Below, piece by piece: positions 9,783 through 17,716 of a stretch of DNA of 64,000 bases. The position numbers and the translations under genes were made by a program. The DNA comes from Bdellovibrionota bacterium FG-1 (GTDB taxonomy: Bacteria > Bdellovibrionota > UBA1018), in contig JBBCAW010000008.1 in the NCBI GenBank assembly GCA_051382295.1, positions 32,001 through 96,000 on the forward strand, in the 5' to 3' direction. Below the pieces are notes generated by a model. It ran no database searches. It saw only the letters and a list, made by a program, of their open reading frames with translations, and was not told where the DNA came from. How positions within the stretch are numbered: the first letter of the stretch is position 1; the number at the start of each line of letters is the position of its first letter.

Positions 9783-9846
9783 TGCAAGCAGTACACCTTA
9801 ATGAAAAGAAAACTTCACAATCTTTACCTGCAAAATCAACAACTTA
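9783..9846 (-). promoter_or_regulatory. Sigma54-like -24/-12 promoter (9783-9798) plus IHF site (9834-9846)
   Basis: Minus strand AGGTGTACTGCTTGCA (GG-N10-GC). Plus-strand AATCAACAACTTA matches the IHF consensus WATCAANNNNTTR. Confidence 0.55.
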
Positions 9847-10058
9847 AAACACATGCCCGTCGAGATCCGCGACGAAATCGATGATTGTTTTGACAGTGTT
9901 TAGTTCTTCGACATCCTCCCGCCCCATGGATAACAGCCTCTCTTTTTTTCACGACCTAGTGCATTAAGTTAGGTACTTTTTACCTACTTCTCATCCACTC
10001 ATCTCTACTCAATGAATGGTTTTAATTTAAATCATTGTTTTAATGGTGTTTAAAAAAT

Positions 10059-10074
10059 TGGTCCAGAAATTGCT
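10059..10074 (+). promoter_or_regulatory. Sigma54 -24/-12 promoter for M4 peptidase
   Basis: TGGTCCAGAAATTGCT (TGG-N10-GC with TTGCT), preceded by an AT-rich stretch. Confidence 0.6.
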
Positions 10075-10140
10075 TAAGACGCACATCACTCATGGAAAAT
10101 GCCATGGGTTCAGGGGTTTTTCAGCCACACAGGGGGTTTA

Positions 10141-11862
10141 ATGTTGATCTCTCACACTCGTGCTTCTTCTTATTTAAAAACCGCAGTTTTAACCACTCTC
10201 ACGCTAACCATCATCACGCTTCCTTCGATTGGTTTTGCGGCAGATTCCTTTTCACACCTTCCCCAAGTCATTTCGACGGAGAACTCCTTCGACAGCTCCG
10301 AACAAGTTTATCAATCAGTTCGCCAAGATCCGGTTGTTCGCGAGTTTCTTACGGACAACTCCCCTAACGCCCTCAGTCTTTCCTCAAAAGCTCGTGGATA
10401 CGGGGTCGAAACGACTAAATTTCAGCACTATTATAAAGGCCTTCTGGTCATGGGATCGATGACCTTCCACCATGCTTCTTCCGAGGGTGCTCAGGTCACC
10501 CCCTTTCTTCGACGCTTTGACTTGGACGTTTCTCCCAGCATCACGGCCGAAAATGCCGTCGCCATCGCCAAGGCGGTAGCCGGCGATCGCGAACTCTCCA
10601 GAACCCCTGAACTCAAGATTCTCCCCTCCAGCCAAGACGACTCCGCTCGATTGATTTATTGGGTTGATATGGCAAACCAGGGCTTCAATGCAGGCGCCGA
10701 TGTGCTGATCGACGCTCACACGGGCCAGCTCGTCGCATCGCTTTCAAAAATGGAAACCATCGCCCCGGTTCAGATCATGACCGCCAAACAACAAGGCATT
10801 GCTTTTTTGCCCATCACTCAAAAGAACGACCAGACAGGCAAATATGAACCCAAAGGCTGCAAGGTCACGGATATGGCAAAAGCCAATGATCCAGGCAAAA
10901 TGCTGACCCCCACTCAATGCAAAACAGCACTCAATACAGACACGCCCCTCACCCAAAACCAATGCCAGGTCGTCCTACTGGATTCAGCCACCTCGGGTGA
11001 TCCTCTGGGCGTGGACCCCACCTCTTGCAGCCAGGTCGTCAAGAACAGTGTTCCATCCGGAAAAGCTGATGCTGCGGCGAAAAATGCCCTCAAAAATTCG
11101 GTTGCAGTACTGAATTACTATAAGGACGTTCATGGCCGCAATGGCATTGACGATCAAGGTGCTGAAGTCGTCAGTATCGTCCACGTTGGGCTTTCATACG
11201 CCAATGCCGCTTGGATTTCTGGAATGGACTTTATGATGTACGGCGACGGCGATGGCGAGTTGATGGATGATATGACCAAAGGACTCGACGTGGCTGGCCA
11301 CGAAATCACGCATGGTATTACTTCGAAAACTGCCAAACTTGAACGAATGGATCAAAGCGGAGCCCTCAATGAGGCCAACTCTGACTTCTTTGGCAAAATG
11401 ATTGCTCAAGACGGCACCTGGATGCTGGGAGCTTCTCTCTCCAAAGACCTTTCTAAATTTCCTGGAATTCGCGACATATCTAATCCAGGAGTACTGAAAG
11501 ATCGCACCCATGACGGTAATGGAGACCTAGTGGAAATTCCTTATCCATCCAAGGTGAGCGAAGCCCTGAAAAAGAGGGACGACAGCACCGTTTGCGACCG
11601 CAACAACGACTATTGCTGGGTTCACTTTAATTCAACAGTCGCTAGTCATGCCGCCTACCTGGTCCATCAAGCCATTGGAAAGTCTAAGGCGGAAGCGATC
11701 TATTACCTGACTTTGACCCAGTTTCTTCCGTCGAATGCGAACTTCAAGACAGCCGCTCAAGCAGTCACGAATGCCTGCACTGAGCTGAGCAAGCAAGGCC
11801 GCGTCACTTCTGACGACTGCGATCAGGTTCGCAAGGCCTTGACTGATACGGAAATGTTGTAA
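10141..11862 (+). CDS. Secreted M4 (thermolysin-family) metallopeptidase with FTP/PepSY propeptide
   Basis: Signal peptide, IDAHTG PepSY motif, NAAW, YGDGDG, DVAGHEITHG, GALNEANSD, VHFNS. Confidence 0.93.
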   Translation: MLISHTRASSYLKTAVLTTLTLTIITLPSIGFAADSFSHLPQVISTENSFDSSEQVYQSVRQDPVVREFLTDNSPNALSLSSKARGYGVETTKFQHYYKGLLVMGSMTFHHASSEGAQVTPFLRRFDLDVSPSITAENAVAIAKAVAGDRELSRTPELKILPSSQDDSARLIYWVDMANQGFNAGADVLIDAHTGQLVASLSKMETIAPVQIMTAKQQGIAFLPITQKNDQTGKYEPKGCKVTDMAKANDPGKMLTPTQCKTALNTDTPLTQNQCQVVLLDSATSGDPLGVDPTSCSQVVKNSVPSGKADAAAKNALKNSVAVLNYYKDVHGRNGIDDQGAEVVSIVHVGLSYANAAWISGMDFMMYGDGDGELMDDMTKGLDVAGHEITHGITSKTAKLERMDQSGALNEANSDFFGKMIAQDGTWMLGASLSKDLSKFPGIRDISNPGVLKDRTHDGNGDLVEIPYPSKVSEALKKRDDSTVCDRNNDYCWVHFNSTVASHAAYLVHQAIGKSKAEAIYYLTLTQFLPSNANFKTAAQAVTNACTELSKQGRVTSDDCDQVRKALTDTEML

Positions 11863-11866
11863 GAAA

Positions 11867-11929
11867 AGCTTTCGGCAGTCAGCTTTCAGCGATCAGGTCT
11901 CAGCTATTTTAAGCTGACCGCTGAAAGCT
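11867..11929. repeat. Heptamer-periodic palindromic element (REP-like / bidirectional terminator)
   Basis: AGCTTTC-GGCAGTC-AGCTTTC-AGCGATC-AGGTCTC-AGCT followed by the inverted AGCTGACCGCTGAAAGCT, between convergent genes. Confidence 0.7.
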
Positions 11930-11931
11930 TC

Positions 11932-12378
11932 TTAATGTGCGTCTTCAGCTTTAAATTTCTGAACAATTTCAACTATTTGGTGTTCAAGATCCTCATCCGT
12001 TTCGTACACATCATCAATGTGGGATGAGCGCATAAAATATTTAACCAAGGTCTCGGCAATAAACTTAAGGCTCTTTTGAAAATAAAAGCCATTCAACACA
12101 TCATCGCCAAAGGTGCCACGAATAACCGCCTTGGCTGCCTTGTATTGATCGCTATCAGTAAAACTCGCTTCGGCCAAAATATCAGCCCGCGCTCCGATTT
12201 TCGCCAAAGTTCGTTCGCGTAGGTCTTCATCGGTCAAGATGAAAGGTCCCACCAGTCCATGGATCTCGTCTTGGACGACCTGACGAAGCCTCACTGGGAA
12301 CGCAATCGATTTATTGTTTTCTAGCCGGGTAACTATGCTCTTTACGAGCAATCGTACGGTTTCTTTTTTGGTAGCCAT
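11932..12378 (-). CDS. DUF507-like protein
   Basis: 148 aa with the C-terminal IDDVYETDEDL pattern typical of DUF507. Good RBS (GGAGGG). Confidence 0.6.
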   Translation of the reverse strand: MATKKETVRLLVKSIVTRLENNKSIAFPVRLRQVVQDEIHGLVGPFILTDEDLRERTLAKIGARADILAEASFTDSDQYKAAKAVIRGTFGDDVLNGFYFQKSLKFIAETLVKYFMRSSHIDDVYETDEDLEHQIVEIVQKFKAEDAH

Positions 12379-12413
12379 CGAGTGAGTCCCCTCCCCTTAC
12401 GATCAACCTTAGC

Positions 12414-14108
12414 TCAAGTCTGTCCGTGTCTCACTTTATTTTTGATTTTTTTCACAAAAAGATTGACCCCATCCATCGTCTCCGTCGCCCGAAACACCCA
12501 GCTCAACCCATAAACCAAAAACAAACCTTCCAAAATGACGACCGAAAGCTTGAGCGCACGAGCCAAAACGAAGCCCAGCTTTCCGAAAAAACCGGCAAAA
12601 ACCAGGTCTGGGAGCAAGAAATCAAAGCCCCAGTAAGAAAGATAAACCAGCACACCCATCAATAATGCCACAGCACCGTGCTTCACAAAGACGACCCCCA
12701 ACGACCCTAAAGGTAAAGCCGCACCGCCGGCTTCACCCAAAAGCCACTTAAGGGAACCGATCAAAAGCAAGGCATTGAGTACGGCCGCCACTGAAGTTCC
12801 TAAAGCCAAACTCCAATAACCCAAAGGCCCCACCCATACCCAATTGAGCCCCACCGCAACCCCCACGCTGATCAAACTCGCCAAAACAGGCAACCGAGCA
12901 TTACCCATCGCATAACAAGCAGGAACCAGGAGTTTCACCGCCGAATAAGCGGTCAGGCCGATCGCATACATCGCTAATGCCAAGGCTGTGGCCTGGGTAT
13001 CGTGAGCTGTAAAACGGCCATACTGAAAAATCAGGGCGATAATAGGTCCTCCGAGAAATGCCAATCCCGCAGAGGCTGGCAGGTTAATCGCAAACACCCG
13101 CCGCAACCCTTGCTCAAGAGTCCTTTGTACACCCACAACATCACCCTTGATCCATTGGGACGAAATCACCGGAAGTGTTGCCGAAGCAAGTGATACCCCA
13201 AAAACCCCGATTGGAAACTGCATCAACCGAAACGAATAATGAAGCCACGACACGGCTCCTGTGCCCTGGGTAGTCGCCAAAACGGTATTCACAAAAACAC
13301 TGAACTGAGTGGCCGCAAGCCCCAACAGACTCGGCACCATCATCCAAAGCATTCGCCTTAAATGAACATTGCGATACCAAACATCTTCTTTTCCACTTGG
13401 CCCCCGCCTGGGAATCCATCGATATCCGGCCCTGTACAGAGCCGGTAATTGACAAAAAGCCTGAACACTGCCACCCACCAAAACCCCCAGCGCCATGCCT
13501 TCAATCGGGTGAATTTGCCAAGTACCGCCCCACTTCCACAAAAAACTTGCCGCCGTAACCCCCGAGGCAATCGAAACCAAATTAAATAAGGCGGCTGAAA
13601 AAGCAGGAATAAAAAAAATCCCGCAGGCATTCAGAACCCCCATATAAGCCGCGGCAAGCGTCACCATCGGAAAATAAGGAAACAACCATCGAGTCATCCG
13701 GATAGTGAGCTCGAACTTTCCAGGCACATCACGAAAGGCCGATGCGTAAAGCGACACTAACTGAGGGGCAAAAACGACGCCAAGAACCGTCAAACTCCCC
13801 GCTAAGACCATTAAAACTCGAAAAACCAACCCTGCCACCCGCCAGGCGCTCTGCTCTCCCTCTTCCTGACGAGCCAGCGTAAACGTCGGCACCAACGCGG
13901 CATTCATGGCCCCCTCAGCAAATAAATTGCGCAAAAGGTTTGGAATCCGAAAAGCGACGTTAAAGGCATCAGTAAAATTACCGGCCCCAAAAAGAAAAGC
14001 AAAGACCTGCTCTCGCACGAGTCCCAAAATACGCGAACAAAGCGTCGCAACCCCCACGGCACTGGCATTTCTCAAAACTCGATCAGAACTCACGTCGAGG
14101 GTCTTCAA
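12414..14108 (-). CDS. murJ: Lipid II flippase MurJ (MviN)
   Basis: SRILGLVRE, DAFNVAFRIPNLLRNLFAEGA, RLMQFPIGVFG, LIFQYGRF. Confidence 0.96.
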   Translation of the reverse strand: MKTLDVSSDRVLRNASAVGVATLCSRILGLVREQVFAFLFGAGNFTDAFNVAFRIPNLLRNLFAEGAMNAALVPTFTLARQEEGEQSAWRVAGLVFRVLMVLAGSLTVLGVVFAPQLVSLYASAFRDVPGKFELTIRMTRWLFPYFPMVTLAAAYMGVLNACGIFFIPAFSAALFNLVSIASGVTAASFLWKWGGTWQIHPIEGMALGVLVGGSVQAFCQLPALYRAGYRWIPRRGPSGKEDVWYRNVHLRRMLWMMVPSLLGLAATQFSVFVNTVLATTQGTGAVSWLHYSFRLMQFPIGVFGVSLASATLPVISSQWIKGDVVGVQRTLEQGLRRVFAINLPASAGLAFLGGPIIALIFQYGRFTAHDTQATALALAMYAIGLTAYSAVKLLVPACYAMGNARLPVLASLISVGVAVGLNWVWVGPLGYWSLALGTSVAAVLNALLLIGSLKWLLGEAGGAALPLGSLGVVFVKHGAVALLMGVLVYLSYWGFDFLLPDLVFAGFFGKLGFVLARALKLSVVILEGLFLVYGLSWVFRATETMDGVNLFVKKIKNKVRHGQT

Positions 14109-14407
14109 ACCTGGAGTTGAAAAGCCTTAGCAATCCATTTATCGATCGCCTCATCTATTTTTGACCTGAAGGGGGCGGCCAAAAGACTCAGCTTGCCATT
14201 CAACTCAAGATGTCCCTCACCGCAAACCAACGTAGCGGTAAACATGGAAGACTTGAGATGAACGCTTTTAGCCGAAGAATCATGCGTAATATCAAATTTT
14301 CCGATCGACGTTTTTTCCATCAAACGCCCAATATCCTTGGAAACCTTGTCATAAAGCTCTTGAGAGCTCTTTCCAGGAACCTGAACTTTTCGTGTATAGC
14401 TTGGCAT
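14105..14407 (-). CDS. Polyhydroxyalkanoic-acid-system (PHA_gran_rgn)-like small protein
   Basis: 100 aa with the C-terminal GKLSLLAAPFRSKIDEAIDKWI pattern. Stop overlaps the murJ start. Confidence 0.65.
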   Translation of the reverse strand: MPSYTRKVQVPGKSSQELYDKVSKDIGRLMEKTSIGKFDITHDSSAKSVHLKSSMFTATLVCGEGHLELNGKLSLLAAPFRSKIDEAIDKWIAKAFQLQV

Positions 14408-14420
14408 CGGCGCTCCTCTC

Positions 14421-16367
14421 TTATGGGCGGTCTGTTTTCAATAATACAAGCTCGGCCAATTCCTGACCAGCTCCGACCTGATCTTCAGCGCAAATTTTCC
14501 ACCGACCGATTTTTGCAGCCACAGGCAGCGCGTGAGGCACAAGCATTCCAAGTGCCTCGATGATCAACACTGGCTCGTGGGCCGGCACTTCAACCCCCTC
14601 CCTAAAAAGAATCGCATGGACTCTGCCATGAACGAGGGCAAAAAGCTGGGGAGCAGCCCTTGGCTTGCCTACCGGGATCTGCAGAACTCTTCGGACCACC
14701 AAAGTCCAAAGACCAATCCTGACCTGCCATTTATTTCGAGCGATGGGAAAGGCACAAACCCTCAAAGATCGGCCATCCAAATCCACTTCTCCGGACAGCC
14801 CCGGCAAGCCATCATAGCTCCAATGTTCGGGGCCTTTAAGCCGCCACATCAAAGCGGCAGGAGAAGCCCACTGATCCCCCACAGCCCAACGGGCGATTTG
14901 ATTTTCTGCCAACGGCTCCAACTGAATGCTATCAAAAAAAACGCCAGCAAAGAGCTTCAAAACCTCGGCGGGCGGGCGCACGAGGGGCAAAAATTCCTCG
15001 TCGACGAAGCCGGCATGAAAAATCCCTTCGCGCACCCAGGGATGATCCAAAAGTTCGGCCAAAAAACGCTCGTTAGTTTGCAGTGAACCCGCAATCCATA
15101 ATTCATTCAACAGTCCACGAACCAGATTCCGCGCTTTTTTAGCATCAGAAGCTCCCGCCCAAAGCAAACCCACCATGCCATAATCGGAGGGCAAGATCCG
15201 GCCTCCGGATTGAGCATCAAAGGGGATGGACAAGCTGAAATGAGCGACGTGTTTTGTTTCCACTTCGCGTACAAAACCAGCCTGCGGCAACTGCCGCAGA
15301 GAATCCTCGGCGTAGATCCGAAGGGCCACCCCGGCCGCCAGTTCTGGCGTTGGAAGCACTGTGGGCTCGTCTTCATCAGCCCCCCCCTGCATTGCCGAAA
15401 GTTGCCAAGCCACCGCCTGGGTACCCGCCACCCGCTCCCAAAGAGAAAATGCGGTATTGAGCCGCGCAATCCCGTCCACCAAAAAAATCCGTGAATCCTC
15501 AACCAAGAATTCGAAGGTTCCCACTCCCACATACCCGACATGATCCGCTAAACGGCGGGTAGCTTGAATCAATCGATCTTGCGCGACTTCGCTGATCGTA
15601 TCTGCCGGACAAAACTCAATCACCTTGCGAAAGCGACTTTGGAGCGAAGCATCCGTGATCGGAAAAACTCTCACCCGTCCATCTTGATATCGAACAAAAG
15701 GAACAACCACATGCCGCGCTCCTTCAAGATAGCGCTCAGCAAAGAGACTCACCTCCCCCAGATGATGTCTCAGCTGCTCAATCCAAAGTGGAATTTTGCG
15801 TTTCAAGTCCTCGGCTTCATGAACCACAAAAACACCCAGGCTCCCGCCCCCCTTGACTGCCTTCAGCACACAAGGAAAGGGCTTTTGGGCTAATGCCTGC
15901 TCAAAAACAAACCTCTCAATCTCCCTCACACTGGAAATGGGATCAAAACGAACGACCAAATGAGGAATCCCCACCTGGTCCGCCTCACCCAAAAAATTAA
16001 TTTTGTTCGAAAACAAAGAAAGCACTCGAGCGGGAGGGCAAATCACTCCAAGACCCAGTTCATCCCCTAAGGTTGCGATTTCGGACCGCTCAGCCCAAAC
16101 ACTCACCCCTGGATGTACGATAGCCCCGGCCCTTCCTTGTGTTTTTTTGGCAAATTGCGTCAAAATCTTTCGAACTTTAACCAAAGCCTCGGGATCCGAT
16201 AGCGACGGAAGTGGCTCGCCACTGGTCTCGGGCTCAAACCCCAATGAACTCAATTGATCCGCTATTAATTTTGCAGCACCACACTCACCTAAAACCAGGG
16301 CGAGTCCGCGTGGAACCCCCCTTGGTATAGATGTTTTTTGATTCGAAGCGGAGAATTGAGTAACCAT
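14421..16367 (-). CDS. Degenerate biotin carboxylase-biotinyl carrier fusion (ATP-grasp pseudoenzyme)
   Basis: HPG, PCVLKAVKGGG, ERYLEGARH, SLQSRFRKVIE, GTFEFL, RIYAED and C-terminal IEALGM align with acyl-CoA carboxylase alpha subunits, but key residues are changed. Confidence 0.8.
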   Translation of the reverse strand: MVTQFSASNQKTSIPRGVPRGLALVLGECGAAKLIADQLSSLGFEPETSGEPLPSLSDPEALVKVRKILTQFAKKTQGRAGAIVHPGVSVWAERSEIATLGDELGLGVICPPARVLSLFSNKINFLGEADQVGIPHLVVRFDPISSVREIERFVFEQALAQKPFPCVLKAVKGGGSLGVFVVHEAEDLKRKIPLWIEQLRHHLGEVSLFAERYLEGARHVVVPFVRYQDGRVRVFPITDASLQSRFRKVIEFCPADTISEVAQDRLIQATRRLADHVGYVGVGTFEFLVEDSRIFLVDGIARLNTAFSLWERVAGTQAVAWQLSAMQGGADEDEPTVLPTPELAAGVALRIYAEDSLRQLPQAGFVREVETKHVAHFSLSIPFDAQSGGRILPSDYGMVGLLWAGASDAKKARNLVRGLLNELWIAGSLQTNERFLAELLDHPWVREGIFHAGFVDEEFLPLVRPPAEVLKLFAGVFFDSIQLEPLAENQIARWAVGDQWASPAALMWRLKGPEHWSYDGLPGLSGEVDLDGRSLRVCAFPIARNKWQVRIGLWTLVVRRVLQIPVGKPRAAPQLFALVHGRVHAILFREGVEVPAHEPVLIIEALGMLVPHALPVAAKIGRWKICAEDQVGAGQELAELVLLKTDRP

Positions 16368-16444
16368 CTCGACTATTACGGTATCGCAGGCCCTCAACAA
16401 AGGCCATGGACAAAGGCCATGGGGTTTGGTCTTGTGTTACCCCT

Positions 16445-17716
16445 ATGCGAGTGCCGGTTCCCCTATCCGAAGCCTTTGGCGCCCCTTTCGAAGACCTTCT
16501 TACTCAGTTTTTACTGCAGAAAGAGTACATTTCGGAAGAAGCCGTCCTGAAATCACCGCGATTTTTGATGCGCTCCATTGTTCCGCATATCAAAAAGCTA
16601 TCCACTCTTTTTAACCGGATCGATCCCGAGGCCGGGGTTGCCCACCAGGCAGAAGGACTTGAACCCTACTGGAAAGAAAGCTCTCACCCGGCGAACCTCC
16701 GTCTGGCTTACTTCATCTACTTTATGCCCTCCAATTTGTATCGAATCGCGTCGATTTGGACCGAGCTAAAAAGACTGGGGTTTCAATGGGGAGCAAAAGG
16801 AAACCTCCGCGCAATCGAACTTGGAGCGGGACCCGCATCTGGGGCCTGTGGAATTGCAGCAGGCGAACATTACGCACCCGTGGGTTTACCCCTCACCGGA
16901 AACTGGGCTCTTTTGGAGCAAGACAAAGCCACTCTGGAGCTAGGCTCCGAATGGGCACAAGCCTATTTTCCAAACCAAGGCTTTCCAGACTGGGGCACGC
17001 GCACCTTTCACCGAAAAATCGATTTTGCACGTGGCCTTCTTCCTCCGTCTGCACCCAAGTTCAACCTTTGGGTGATGAGCTATTTTTTGAACGAAGCGCA
17101 AGAAACCCCGAAAGAACTCGCTGAAATTTTGATCAAAAGCTGGGAAAATCACCTGGATGATGAAGGCGTTGTCATTCTTGCCGAACCCGCCCTAAAACTC
17201 CAGTCGCGCAAGCTTCTGGAACTCAGAAAAGAGCTCTTGCTTGCCCGCGAGCGCCTGAATGCGCCTTGGCTACAAATTCTCCTCCCTTGCCTAGGTCATC
17301 AAAGCTGTGGGGCGCTTGCCGAAGCCGAAGATTGGTGCCACGAAGAAGTCACCTGGTGGCGCCCGCCTTACTTCAGGGGCATCGACAAAATGGCAGGCCT
17401 AGATCGAAAAACCCTCCCTTTTAGTTATCTTGTGATCGTTCGAAGCAAGCGCTCGCTCGAGCAAATCTTACCAGCCTTAGGCGCTTCAAAAGCAACCAAA
17501 CGAGAACGCCTGGTTTCGCCCGCCCATGGAGAAGGAAAGGATCAGGAATTTTTTGTTTGCGGACAAGATGGCAAGCGCCGCGCCCGATACCGTGCACGCC
17601 CAGATGAAGCAGAAACCCTCGCGGCCGAGCTGACTCGCGGGGATATTCTCACCGGGGTTAAAAGCCGAGGAGATGTTCATTCGTCTCGAATTGAAAAAAT
17701 AGAAAGCGTGCTCTAA
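16445..17716 (+). CDS. Rsm22/METTL17-like class I methyltransferase-fold protein
   Basis: AYFIYFMPSN, ELGAGPA, SYFLNE, LAEPA, PCLGHQSC..WCH, FSYLV, FVCGQDG. Confidence 0.85.
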   Translation: MRVPVPLSEAFGAPFEDLLTQFLLQKEYISEEAVLKSPRFLMRSIVPHIKKLSTLFNRIDPEAGVAHQAEGLEPYWKESSHPANLRLAYFIYFMPSNLYRIASIWTELKRLGFQWGAKGNLRAIELGAGPASGACGIAAGEHYAPVGLPLTGNWALLEQDKATLELGSEWAQAYFPNQGFPDWGTRTFHRKIDFARGLLPPSAPKFNLWVMSYFLNEAQETPKELAEILIKSWENHLDDEGVVILAEPALKLQSRKLLELRKELLLARERLNAPWLQILLPCLGHQSCGALAEAEDWCHEEVTWWRPPYFRGIDKMAGLDRKTLPFSYLVIVRSKRSLEQILPALGASKATKRERLVSPAHGEGKDQEFFVCGQDGKRRARYRARPDEAETLAAELTRGDILTGVKSRGDVHSSRIEKIESVL

